From: an uncultured Hormoscilla sp.
GTDB lineage: Bacteria > Cyanobacteriota > Cyanobacteriia > Cyanobacteriales > Desertifilaceae
Length of the DNA stretch: 64,000 nt
Direction: 5' to 3'
NCBI GenBank assembly: GCA_963921275.4
Contig: OZ001293.3
Coordinates: forward strand, 1,664,001-1,728,000
Shown: positions 53,883-64,000 of the stretch, piece after piece
Layout: each line of letters opens with the position of its first letter
Position numbering within the stretch: position 1 is the first letter of the stretch
The notes under the pieces: generated by a model
Database searches by the model: none
Told to the model about the DNA's origin: nothing
What the model saw: the letters and a program-made list of their open reading frames with translations, nothing else
Made by a program: the position numbers and the translations under genes

Positions 53883-54050
53883 CGCGAAACTCCTTTTGGC
53901 TTAAAATGAAACCCTGACAGCATTGATGATCTCCGATTAGCACTCCATTTCTGGTATGCTGGCCGGAGTAGATTGCAAATGCCATCAATTATTATCAGAT
54001 TAAAACAAAATTATCATTGAATTCAAGGCATCCGATCCCCCAAGGACCAG

Positions 54051-55703
54051 GTGATTGGGGACCGGCGATCGAGGAATGATAAGCAGATGTCAAAATTTTT
54101 ACCACTACATCTAGTTTCTGCCTTGCTGCTGGGGCTGACTATGGGTTGTCAGAAAGTTCCGCCTGAAAAGACGCGACCAGAACCTTTGCCTCAAGATACT
54201 TGGATTGAGGTACATTTTAATCAGTCCCAGTCTGGGGAGTATACGGAACCTTACCGGGAGGTGAGGCGTGAGGGGGACGACCTGGAACGGCTGATTGTTG
54301 ATACTATTAATCAGGCTCAGTCATCGGTGGATGTGGCAGTGCAGGAGTTGCGTTTGTCGAAAATTGCTCGGGCTTTAGTCTCACGTCACCAAGCTGGGGT
54401 CCAGGTGAGGGTAATCTTGGAAAATACTTACTCTCGCCCTTTGAGTGATATGATGGCTGCAGAAGTGGCGGCCTCGGATGGAGGAGATCGCAACCAGGAA
54501 TACTGGCAGTGGGTAGACCGCGATCGGGACGGAAAGCTTTCGGAAGCGGAAATCAACCAGGGAGATGCTTTGGCGATCTTACGTAATGCTAAGGTTCCCA
54601 CGATCGACGATACTGCTGATGGTTCTGCTGGCAGCGGTTTAATGCATCACAAGTTCGTCATTGTCGATGGTCGGACCTCGATCGTCGGTTCGGCTAATTT
54701 CACTCCTAGTGGCATTCACGGAGATTTTACCGCACCGAACAGTCGTGGCAATACTAATAATCTGCTAAAAATTGAAAGTTACGAGTTGGCACAGTTGTTT
54801 AACCAGGAGTTTAATGTGATGTGGGGAGATGGTCCGGGAGGAAACCCGGATAGTCGGTTTGGTCTGGCAAAAACCTGGCGACCTGTAAAGCAGGTGCAGC
54901 TGGGTGATAGCCTGGTATCAGTGCAGTTTTCCCCCATTTCCCCTACCCAACCTTGGAGTCAAAGCGGTAATGGACTGATTGCTAAAACCTTGGGTACTGC
55001 TAGTAAATCTGTTGACTTGGCCTTATTTGTATTCTCGGAACAGAAGCTGGTAAATGTCTTGGAATCTAACCATCGCCAGGCGGTGGAGATTCGCGCTTTG
55101 ATCGATCCCGGTTTTGCCTGGAGGAGTTACTCTGAAGCATTGGATATGCTGGGAGTGGCGATCGCATCTAACTGTAAGTACGAAGCTGATAACCGTCCCT
55201 GGGCAAGTCCGATCGCCACTGTGGGGGTACCGATTATGCCTCCGGGAGACAAGCTACATCATAAGTTTGCGGTGATCGATGGAGAAACTGTAATTACAGG
55301 TTCTCATAACTGGTCGCCAGCGGCTAATCATAATAATGACGAGACCCTATTGGTGATTAAGAATCCGACAGTAGCGGCTCATTTTGTCCGGGAATTTAAC
55401 CGACTTTATACTGATGCCCAGCTAGGGGTTCCCGCTAGACTCCAGCGTCAACTTCTGGCCCAAGAGCAAGAATGTCCTCAGATAACTACCCCATCTAACT
55501 ATAACTTAACTGGGCAGAAAGTCAACCTCAACACTGCGACCCAAGCAGAATTAGAAACTTTACCGGGTGTTGGTCCGAAATTGGCACAGCGAATTATCGA
55601 GGCGCGACAGCAGAAACCGTTTACTTCTCTAGAAGACTTGGACAATGTATCAGGAATTGGTCCCAAGATGTTAGAGAGATTGGAAAGTCGCGTTACTTGG
55701 TAA
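54051..55703 (+). CDS. Phospholipase D-like nuclease with C-terminal ComEA-type HhH (competence ComA-like)
   Basis: Two HKD motifs (HHKFVIVD, HHKFAVID); LPGVGP and VSGIGP HhH; lipoprotein-like N-terminus. Confidence 0.9.
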   Translation: MIGDRRSRNDKQMSKFLPLHLVSALLLGLTMGCQKVPPEKTRPEPLPQDTWIEVHFNQSQSGEYTEPYREVRREGDDLERLIVDTINQAQSSVDVAVQELRLSKIARALVSRHQAGVQVRVILENTYSRPLSDMMAAEVAASDGGDRNQEYWQWVDRDRDGKLSEAEINQGDALAILRNAKVPTIDDTADGSAGSGLMHHKFVIVDGRTSIVGSANFTPSGIHGDFTAPNSRGNTNNLLKIESYELAQLFNQEFNVMWGDGPGGNPDSRFGLAKTWRPVKQVQLGDSLVSVQFSPISPTQPWSQSGNGLIAKTLGTASKSVDLALFVFSEQKLVNVLESNHRQAVEIRALIDPGFAWRSYSEALDMLGVAIASNCKYEADNRPWASPIATVGVPIMPPGDKLHHKFAVIDGETVITGSHNWSPAANHNNDETLLVIKNPTVAAHFVREFNRLYTDAQLGVPARLQRQLLAQEQECPQITTPSNYNLTGQKVNLNTATQAELETLPGVGPKLAQRIIEARQQKPFTSLEDLDNVSGIGPKMLERLESRVTW

Positions 55704-55847
55704 ACATAGTAGAGGATATTTTTGCTCATGATTACCAAGTAAATGACAGAAAGCTGGACAAGTCTCTAGCTTCAAAAATCGGAAAAAGCCTCCCCTGGCG
55801 GCGATCTTCTGAGCAAGAACGAACGGAATGTTATAATCTATCCATTA

Positions 55848-56480
55848 TGGCTGAACTAACCATTCAAGTGCCAGATGAACTGGCTCAACGCTTACAACCT
55901 CTCGAAAGTCGCTTGCCCAATTTGCTTAGTTAGCTAGTAGACACAGTTTACCCTAGGGAGTCTGCGGCTGAGTTGCTTCTAGCAGTTGCTAGTCCCACTG
56001 ACGTACCGCCAGTTTATACGGAAGTTATTGATTTTTTAATCAATGGTCCTAGTCCTGAATAAATTGCTGCCTTCAAGGTTTCTTCGATGTCTCTGGGGTA
56101 GTGCGGGTAGCGCGTCCCCTCTGAGGGACATCGAAAGCAGCACAAGGGCGTTTGCGATCGCTACTGGAGAAAACCCGGGAAGCAACTCTTGAGCGAAACT
56201 GAAATAGCCGAACTAGATCTGTACGAACAGCTAGAGCGTCGGTCCAGTAGAGGGGGTTGACAAAAAAAGAAAATGTGTATATGCCCGCTCGCGCGTTCAG
56301 TAGAACAGATTTGGATAAAATCATGATGTCCAGAGGGAGTGAAAGCCAGATATTTTTACGATAATATACTTATTTTTCGGACATACACAGTAGTTGAAAT
56401 TTGTCAAGTATTATTAATGGACCGACGCTCTAGATAGACTGATAATTTTACTCAAAGCTCGATTCTACAGTAGAGGAAAG
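55848..56480 (+). pseudogene. Antitoxin-like gene with stops, a hairpin insert and a MITE
   Basis: MAELTIQVPDELAQRL...RLRSLLEK...ELDLYEQ|LDRLIILLKAR. Confidence 0.65.
56231..56433. mobile_element. CTAG-target MITE
   Basis: CTAGAGCGTCGGTCCA...TGGACCGACGCTCTAG. Confidence 0.88.
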
Positions 56481-56484
56481 GAAA

Positions 56485-57042
56485 ATGGCTAAAGGAGAAG
56501 AAATGCTCTTTCTAACTATCGATCAGTTAACATTAATGCCCATGACAGCAGAAGCGATGGAAGACATTTTGAAAAGAACGTCTAAAGGCAAACCATTGAT
56601 GCTCAGAGCGGCTGACGGATGGCCGTCTTCTCATTTATTGGCAGCGCTGCAAACCTTTTCCAAGAAGTTGAAAAAGGATCCTTCTACCTTAGGTTGGTAC
56701 GTTTAGACAGTTACCCATCCGAACACAGGTATTATTGGGGAAGTTAGTTTTGGCGGTAAACCAGACTCTAGAGGCCAAATTACGATGAAATACGAAATCG
56801 TTCCTGAATACCGTTGTCAAGGGTATGGGACTGAAGCTGTATCCGCAGTGGTAAAATGGGCGTTTGATAAAATTGCCGTCAAGGGAATTGTCGCCTATTG
56901 TCCTGAAGAAAATATGCCCTCGGTGAAAATTTTGACCCGTCTGGGAATGCAACGGGTCGAATAGGTTGAAGAACCAGAAATCCCCAATTCACAAGTATGG
57001 AAATGGGAGATAACCAGACAAGAATACCGTATGCTGAATTAA
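56485..57042 (+). pseudogene. GNAT (RimJ/RimL-like) acetyltransferase, disrupted
   Basis: YRCQGYGTEAV and NMPSVKILTRLGM motifs; internal stops and a frameshift. Confidence 0.75.
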
Positions 57043-57618
57043 TTGGGAAAATCAAGATGTGAAAATGAGTCGTTATTTGCGATCCAAGTCATGACTAAAC
57101 TAGAAATAGACTTCAAGTGTAATCTCCTCCTGAATGTAAGCCGAGAACACAGATTAGAAGCAGAACGCAGGGCGACACAGATTTTCGTGCTAGCATTGTT
57201 GGAGATGGGCTCCCTTAATGTTGAAAAAGCGGCAGAAATGTTGGCAATAGATCGTCATGAAGTTGTTCAGATGGCAATCTATCTGGGTATTTCCACTAGA
57301 GAAATTGACTCAATGCGACTGTCAATAGATCCAGAGGCGATCGCCTACACCCTGAAAGAAGAGCCAAAGATGTTTAAAACACGTTTTGGCCTGGACAGAG
57401 AGGCGATCGCTTACACAAACCGTCAGGCTAATCTGTTTGAGCAGATGCGATCGGATTTATTAGAGGAATATGAGGGTAAGTGGGTGTTTTTTGAAGATGG
57501 CAAAGTCCTGGATGCGGACTTTGATCGTCATGCTTTGCTGAGTCGAGTTTATCAGACGAGGGGGAACCAACCCGTGTTTATTACCAAACTGCTTCCCAAA
57601 AGCCACAACAGATGGTAA
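57043..57618 (+). CDS. UPF0175-like HTH fused to a DUF5678-like domain
   Basis: GSLNVEKAAEMLAIDR; LLEEYEGKWVFFEDGKVLDAD. Start possibly at ATG 57091. Confidence 0.65.
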   Translation: MGKSRCENESLFAIQVMTKLEIDFKCNLLLNVSREHRLEAERRATQIFVLALLEMGSLNVEKAAEMLAIDRHEVVQMAIYLGISTREIDSMRLSIDPEAIAYTLKEEPKMFKTRFGLDREAIAYTNRQANLFEQMRSDLLEEYEGKWVFFEDGKVLDADFDRHALLSRVYQTRGNQPVFITKLLPKSHNRW

Positions 57619-57650
57619 AAGTTCATAGTAGCTCTCCTGATTAATTAACT

Positions 57651-58046
57651 GTGACCACATACAGCTACACATTTGTCTCGCCCAACATCCCGCCAATTCC
57701 TCTGATTGCTGTTCAACTAACAACCCCTGAATCGTCTGCGGTTTTGGTTAATTGCCAAGGTATTCTAGATACGGGGTCTGATGTTACTTTAGTACCGCTG
57801 CCATTATTGGTGCGGGTTAATGCTGAGGTGGCGGCACGGGCAATTCGCATTCCCTTTAGCGGGACTGTGACATTAGGCATTTCTTACGATGTCGGTCTGA
57901 TTTTGGATAGATATATTTATGAAAAAATCAGAGTCTTTGGCTGTCCAGTTGACGAGGTGAACGAATCCCTGATAATTGGTCGCGATCTGATGAATCAACA
58001 TAACATAGAGTTTGACGGTCTTAACCTGACCTTTACTATTTTTTGA
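57651..58046 (+). CDS. Retropepsin-like (clan AA) aspartyl protease
   Basis: ILDTGSD and IIGRDLM motifs. Confidence 0.82.
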   Translation: MTTYSYTFVSPNIPPIPLIAVQLTTPESSAVLVNCQGILDTGSDVTLVPLPLLVRVNAEVAARAIRIPFSGTVTLGISYDVGLILDRYIYEKIRVFGCPVDEVNESLIIGRDLMNQHNIEFDGLNLTFTIF

Positions 58047-58054
58047 ATAGGACA

Positions 58055-58211
58055 GATCGCAGCTATACTGATAATTAGTGAAGTATTACTGACGACAATC
58101 ATTACCAACCCATTTCTGCAATTGTTTTGAAGTCTTCTCTAAACTTTTTGACTCCATAATGGATGGGAATTCGACGGCTACCTAGCAAGCGCAGGAATTG
58201 GAGTTGATTCA
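58055..58211 (-). pseudogene. Remnant of a UPF0175 / DUF3368(PIN) TA pair
   Basis: Manual translation FLRLLGSRRIPIHYG...DFKTIAEMGW* overlapping MIVVSNTSLIISIAAI. Confidence 0.6.
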
Positions 58212-58225
58212 TTAAAGATATTACC

Positions 58226-59135
58226 TTGAACTGGATTCTGATCGACCATGTGGCGGGGCTGATATATTTTCACATTCGGGATGTGTATTTAGGAAACAAA
58301 CAGATCCATTTTCCATTACAATTCTTTTTACAAGAACCGCTTATCTGGCTGGATTTGATCGATCGGTTTCAGGTTAGCATCGCCTTCGGTCCGAATTTTG
58401 CCTATAGCTTGGTCAATGACTGTGTAGAAGCGAACCCACAACGGCAGTGGGATTTATCGTCAATGAAATTCTTCTTGAACGGCGCTGAAGCCATTGTGGC
58501 GAAAACAGCGCGGCGTTTTTTGCAACTCCTGGCCCCTCACGGACTGGCTGATGATTTGTTTGTGGAAGTCGGGTCGCCAATTCCCGGAGTTGACCTGCGG
58601 ATTGTAGATGACCGAAACCAGGTAGTTGCAGAGGGAGAGATTGGCGCATTATAGGTTAAGGGGTTAACGGTAACCTCTGGTTATTATCAGAATCAGGAGG
58701 CTAACCAACAGGCTTTCACTGAGGATGGATGGTTCAACACGGGAGACTTGGGGTTTCTCAAAGATGGGCGTTTAACCATTACCGGGCGGGAAAAAGATAC
58801 AATTATTATTTACGGCGAAAACTATTATAGCCATGATATCGAAGTTGTCGTGGAAGAAGTTGAAGGGGTTGAAGTATCTTATACCGCTGCCTATGCAGTC
58901 AGAGAACCTGGGGACAATACCGATCGATTGGCAGTCTTTTTCAGTGCCACTGATACTGAATATTTTTCCTTAAACGTACTGATGCAGAAATTCGGAACAA
59001 CGTTGTCGAAAGGATTGGAGTGAGTCCAGATTACCTGATTCCGGTCCCCAAAGAGGCGATTCCGAAAACCGCGATCGGCAAAATTCAGCGCCAGGAACTC
59101 AGAAAAAATTTTGAAGCGGGTGGGTTCGATCTCCG
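58226..59135 (+). pseudogene. Fatty acyl-AMP ligase / adenylation domain remnant
   Basis: [25 protein letters not shown] and IPKTAIGKIQR motifs; deletion, stop and frameshift. Confidence 0.8.
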
Positions 59136-59231
59136 TTCGTAGTAAGGACTTTAGTCCTTGCCGATCGCCCTCTATTCTCAGGTTTGTAGTCAGGACTTTA
59201 GTCCTTGCGATCGCCCTTAGATAAGCGCTCA

Positions 59232-59808
59232 AGAGGTGCATCCTAAAATAAAACTAAGCAGAAATACTCAGGAGAGAGGAATTATTAAGGTAAGCACATC
59301 GAAGACGGAGAATGCGAGGAACATTATCACGCTTCCAACGAGCACCAGAAAGTTTGACACGGGCAGCAACCTGTTTGATTTTGGACTCAACAGAACCCGA
59401 ACCGATAGTAATGCCCAATTGCCGATATTGGTGATAACAAGGAATGCGGTGGCGATGTTTACTTAGATAAGTTTGAAAATTGCGGGCGCGTTTATTCTTG
59501 AGGGCATCAAATTCAGCCATGGCCCTATCAACCCATCCATGCCAGAGAAAGTTTTCCACCCGCGCTAGACGTTGGAGCGACCCGCCAACCTTATAAAGAT
59601 TTTCCATCAAATGGAACCAATCTAAAACCTCACGCTTCAGGATGGGACGTTTTCCTCCTAGACTCTCGAATACATTCCAGACTCCTGGATGTCCATCTCC
59701 CAAACAAGTAAGAAGCCAATCGAAGGGTTGTTTTTCGCTCCATTGTTCCAAAGCATACGGGTCTTGGAAAAAGGCTTCGCAGACTTCACTATGCAGGTTC
59801 ACTAACTT
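59232..59808 (-). mobile_element. ISKra4-family 3' fragment
   Basis: CLGDGHPGVW, LDWFHL and IGSGSVES motifs; RVKLSGARW. Confidence 0.85.
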
Positions 59809-60313
59809 AGGGATTACCAAAAAATAAATTATCCAAAGCTTGGGGTAAATCCCAGATTATGTAGTAGAATAAGTTTAACGCAATAATCAGCAAGGTTTAC
59901 ACACATGGAATTAACTGATTCTTTAAAAAAATTATTGATTGAAGCCCAAAAACAATTGAAAGGCTCTGCTCGGCGGCGTTTTATGGCCCTCACGGTTAAG
60001 GAGCTGGGAACAGGTGGTCAGAATATTGCCGTTCATAGAACTCGGATGGAATCGAGGTACCATCCGTAAAGGAATTCGTGAATTAGATAGTGGTATAACT
60101 TGTGTCGATAACTATCCGAGGACGCAAGAAGATAGAAGAACATCTTCCCAATCTATTAGTCGATCTCAAAGCAATCGTAGATGGTCAGAGCCAAATCGAT
60201 CCTGACTTTAAAAGTAACCGTCTGTATAGCCGCTGTTGCCGAAGTGAGACAACAAATGCTCGAACAAAAAAATTATACTTCGTCAGAATTGCCGGAAACG
60301 ATTCGCAATCTCC
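59809..60313 (+). mobile_element. ISAzo13-family 5' fragment
   Basis: LKGSARRRFMA, LGWNRGTIRKG and SQIDPDFKSNRLY motifs; frameshifted. Confidence 0.78.
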
Positions 60314-61360
60314 TTAATCGATTAGGCGTCCCAGCTTAACTTGTTCCCTACCCAACTGCCCAGCCGCGATCGCCACTAGATCTGCTGCTTGTAGGTTTTG
60401 GGCGATATTCAAGGATTGCTGAGTTAGGTCTATTGCCTCGGACGACTGACCATTTTGGGCGTATAGCTGCCCCCACTTGGCTAATGCTTGGGCTTCCGCG
60501 CGGCCATCTTTGATAGTTTGAGCCGATCGCGTAGCGTGCGCACAGCGCAATCGCACCGCTGCTGCCAGCAACCTATTGGTAGCCGACCAATCGATCTGCT
60601 GTCCCTGGCGTTCCATGTACAGTAAGCTTTCGGCAAAGTACACAATGTTCTCTATTGCCATGCGACTAGGTGGCAGTGAGAATAGTTGGCTTTGTAATTT
60701 CCTGACTATGGTGCTTGCCTCCTGCCACTGTTTTAATTTTACATAAACTCTCAGTTGATTTAGTTCAGCTAACCGTCGATCTTCAGGATTCATTGCCGCT
60801 TGTTCGGCCCGTTGAAAATACTCCAATGCCCGGTCTGTTTCCTGTAGATATACGGCTGCATTGCCTAAACTCAACAGCGTCCTACTGACTTCTGCTGTCG
60901 CCCCAATCCCCTGGGCCACTTGCCAACTTTTTGTTAAGATCTCCTGACTTGCTTTAATCTTGCCCACCACTTGCAAGGCTATTGACAAACTCCGCAACCC
61001 ACTCACCTTAACTATCGAATCTGGCATATCGTCCATTTGTGCTGCCGCTGAGAGCAATTGGCCCTCGGCGCGGCGATAAAATCCCAAGCTTTGTAATGCC
61101 CTCGCTTGATTGATCCTACTTCCCAATACCCCCGTTTCATCTGCTGCTTCCCGATATAATGATTCGGCTCGTTTCCAAGTCTCCAGGGCCTCTTCAGCTT
61201 TTCCCCTTGCTAAGAGTATACTCCCTTGGCTATTCAAGGCTTGGGCTAGTACGATCGCCTCTACTTCTGCTTTGCCTGATCGCAGGATTTCTATGCTTGC
61301 TGCTACCGCTGAAGACGCTGCATCCCACTGACCCAATTCTTGATAAGCTATAGATATATA

Positions 61361-62372
61361 ACTCAAGTTGCGACCTATAAAAATTGGATACAAAAAGCTA
61401 TGATAAAGAGAATTATTTTCAACTCTAATCCCTTAGATGTAACAGCATGAATTGACTTGGGAAACAAATTGGTGATTCGACTAAAACAGGTTTCAACTTG
61501 TTTTCTTGTTACTTTTTGTATATATTCAAAACAAGAATATTCTTTTCTTTTTGAGTTCTTTTTTCGCAAAGGTTTTAACATTATACTTGACGAGTCTTTT
61601 AGTAAATCCTCTAATTGATAATCATTATAAGCTTTATCTCCATAAACTATTGAATTTGATGGTAAGTCAAAGCCAAAAGATTGCAAAACTTTAACATCAT
61701 TATAACTACCAGGATCTAGATAAAATTCTATTGGCTTTCCATTTTTGTTTACCAACATATGAACTCTTAATCCATAAAAATAACGTTTTTTACTGGCAAT
61801 ATACCCTCGATATTCTTCCTTGTTATAAATTTGGCATCTATCAATCCTAATATTATCACATACTGGCACCGGGAAACTATCAAGAATATATTCTTGACCC
61901 GGATTGAGCTCTTTAAATGTTTGAGCTATAACTTGGAAGAAAAACATCCAAATTGGTTCCTCAATATTGTGTAATCGACGATTGAACCTACTTTTACTTA
62001 ACAGATTTTTTATATACTTGTGTTGGACCATAAATTGACAAGAGCGATCGTGGTGTCCTCCGAAAAAATATGCAGCAACTAATCCGACTGTCATCACTTC
62101 GGCATTGTTCATTTTTACTTGTGGATCTTTTTTTATATTTAACGCTTTTAGTAGCTCGTCACAAAGAACAAAAATTGTTGTAATCATATCTTCCATCATC
62201 TACATCCCCCAGCAATTAACTATTATTTTAGTACATTATAACCTATAAACAGCCAACCCGCCGTCTAGCACAAAAAAAATATAATTTTGTATCAAAAGCT
62301 ACGAAATATTCCAAATATCTGTAAAGTCTAAGTGGGTAATTCATATTTTTTTTAATAGGTCGCAACTTAGGT
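61361..62372 (-). mobile_element. IS982-family element, intact
   Basis: Same TIRs as 4338-5349; 6-bp TSD TATATA. Confidence 0.93.
61375..62199 (-). CDS. IS982-family transposase
   Basis: 274 aa, differing from 4352-5176 at only a few residues. Confidence 0.92.
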   Translation of the reverse strand: MMEDMITTIFVLCDELLKALNIKKDPQVKMNNAEVMTVGLVAAYFFGGHHDRSCQFMVQHKYIKNLLSKSRFNRRLHNIEEPIWMFFFQVIAQTFKELNPGQEYILDSFPVPVCDNIRIDRCQIYNKEEYRGYIASKKRYFYGLRVHMLVNKNGKPIEFYLDPGSYNDVKVLQSFGFDLPSNSIVYGDKAYNDYQLEDLLKDSSSIMLKPLRKKNSKRKEYSCFEYIQKVTRKQVETCFSRITNLFPKSIHAVTSKGLELKIILFIIAFCIQFL

Positions 62373-62836
62373 TATATAGATCAAGCTCAGAGCCCGATTT
62401 TCCCGATCGCCTTTTGCCCCGTAGGTTTGGGCAGCTGCTTGCCAAGCTGTTGCTGCTTCGGCGAAACGTCCAGCTTGATAAAAGCTTCTACCTGCCTGCA
62501 CGCGATCGCCCCTTCTCACCGACAGGTCATCAATCCTCGGGGCTTCCTGGGACACTCCCACTGCCGGGGTCATTCCCATTGTCATCGCGATCGCTCCTAA
62601 TCCTAATAATACTGTTAACTTATTCATTTGCCTAACAAACAATTTTCTCTTCTCAACCTTCTTGCTAGTAACATCCCCTAACACCACCCCACATCTGGGA
62701 GCAACGATAATCCATGCACGTTGCAAATGAAAAATTGCGTATACGCAGTGCGCGTATCGCTATGAAAAATGGAGCAATTCTCAATTTTTCATTCCCAATT
62801 TTCCATTTTCAATTCACCAGATGCACTCCATCATCT

Positions 62837-63202
62837 TTATAACTTTTCAATCGTGACCAATCCACCTTCTGTGAACTGCACTACAAGTTCATAGTCTGAC
62901 AAGAGGGCAGTTCCAATCAGGGGGCGAGACCCTGTAGCAAAAACGCGAACTTCTTGCTCTTCTCCATCCCAGAGAATAGTAGCTTCATGTACGGGCAATC
63001 TAACTTCACTGTTGTCTGCCAGATTTGCAGACATCTCATACAGAAAAGGCAAGTTTAATAATGCAACTGCCTCTGGTGGCAAGCAGAGAGCATCCGTAAA
63101 ACCTGTATCTATGACAAACTCAATCGCCATGTCTGGTCTATCGAAAAGGCGAAGCACGATAGTAACCCTTGCATATCCATCAATGACAATTCCAGATATC
63201 AC
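62837..63202 (-). CDS. Clan AA aspartyl protease (AF_0612-like)
   Basis: VIDTGFT, LADNS and LIGTALL motifs. Confidence 0.85.
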   Translation of the reverse strand: MISGIVIDGYARVTIVLRLFDRPDMAIEFVIDTGFTDALCLPPEAVALLNLPFLYEMSANLADNSEVRLPVHEATILWDGEEQEVRVFATGSRPLIGTALLSDYELVVQFTEGGLVTIEKL

Positions 63203-63474
63203 TTATAAGTCTTCTCCATAATCCCACCACCAAAAGAAGCAGCAACATTGTAACCAATTTTGATCCCGAATAGTCGAGCGTAGGGATTTTTTTTGCGCAA
63301 ATATCGTGCCGAAGGCAACCCAGTTTTGTCAACCCCGTATTCCCCTGTTTCTATATCAATTATCACCATCTTACCGATATTTTCTTCTCGCTCTACCGAC
63401 CCACGAATTTTATTGTCGTATAACTCTTTCGCTCGCCTTGCAACTTCTGCGCTACTTAATAATATCGCTTCCAT
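63199..63474 (-). CDS. Small hypothetical partner protein of the aspartyl protease
   Basis: GKMVIIDIETGEY motif; GTGA overlap with the protease gene; AGGAG RBS. Confidence 0.8.
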   Translation of the reverse strand: MEAILLSSAEVARRAKELYDNKIRGSVEREENIGKMVIIDIETGEYGVDKTGLPSARYLRKKNPYARLFGIKIGYNVAASFGGGIMEKTYK

Positions 63475-63702
63475 AGTCTTGCTCCTTTCTAACTGCTGAA
63501 ATCTCTCTATTCTACCTCAATCTCAAATTATTGTATCATGAGATACTTCCTATTTCGCTTATCTCCATATATTTGCGCAGAAAATGCGAATCATAAGTGC
63601 CCGTAGCGCTAGCTGTTGCTGCTTGGGCGAATAGCTGGCTGCGATCGCCTGTTCCCACCGGTAGTCACACGATCGCCGGTACTTCCAATTCATCTGCGCT
63701 AG

Positions 63703-63910
63703 CTAGAGCGTCGGTCCAGTAGAAGTCGTTGACAAAAAAAAGAAAATGTGCATCTACTAAAATTGGTAGCGTCAATAACAATTTTGAGCCTTCGGAGCGA
63801 GTTCCCACAGGGCCATGAGTGAGGAACGGGAGACGAGCAGAAGAACGATTTTCCGATCTCAGCACAGATTGTTAAATTTGTCAAGCATTATTAATGGATC
63901 GATGCTCTAG
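63703..63910. mobile_element. CTAG-target MITE
   Basis: CTAGAGCGTCGGTCCA...TGGATCGATGCTCTAG. Confidence 0.88.
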
Positions 63911-64000
63911 CGTGAGAGAAGCTGTCCCCAGGGGAGTCCCTAACAGTTTAACTTCCACATGATTTACTCTATCATGTTTTCTCCAGCCACGCCAACTTTA

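Larger units (their letters stand above)
60314..62627 (-). pseudogene. TPR (likely CHAT-domain) protein split by IS982 and 3'-truncated
   Basis: ALSLIYI|SIAYQELG rejoins in frame across the IS; TPR helices; ends at the ISAzo13 fragment. Confidence 0.82.

Noticed and set aside
1..64000. tRNA, rRNA or riboswitch genes
   Set aside because: None recognised by eye; a tRNAscan-SE/Rfam scan would be needed to exclude them.

Overview
Cyanobacterial chromosome segment: HIP1 GCGATCGC is abundant, and psbI, a phycobiliprotein lyase and heptamer tandem repeats are present. It probably comes from a filamentous Oscillatoriales-type genome undergoing IS expansion and pseudogenisation (inference). Core genes include manC, sdhA, psbI, hemE, a DUF39 homocysteine-synthesis gene, an LptD/DUF3769-like gene, a cysteine desulfurase and a PLD-HhH competence nuclease. 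They are interspersed with a dense mobilome: two related RT-encoding group II introns with broken ORFs, an ORF-less group II intron inserted antisense inside one of them, intact IS982 copies that split genes, fragments of ISL3/IS4/IS630/IS1182/ISKra4/ISAzo13, at least five MITE families (several nested), and small palindromic elements inserted inside ORFs. The best candidates for undescribed biology are: (1) a HIP1-poor two-gene island encoding a putative DNA-binding protein and an N-terminal HNH + SF2 helicase fusion; (2) a ~44-nt hairpin element with a conserved core and co-varying arms that inserts into genes; (3) two TA-like operons pairing a small protein with a retropepsin-like aspartyl protease; (4) the antisense twintron. 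All calls are by eye, with no database searches, so family names are recognition-based.
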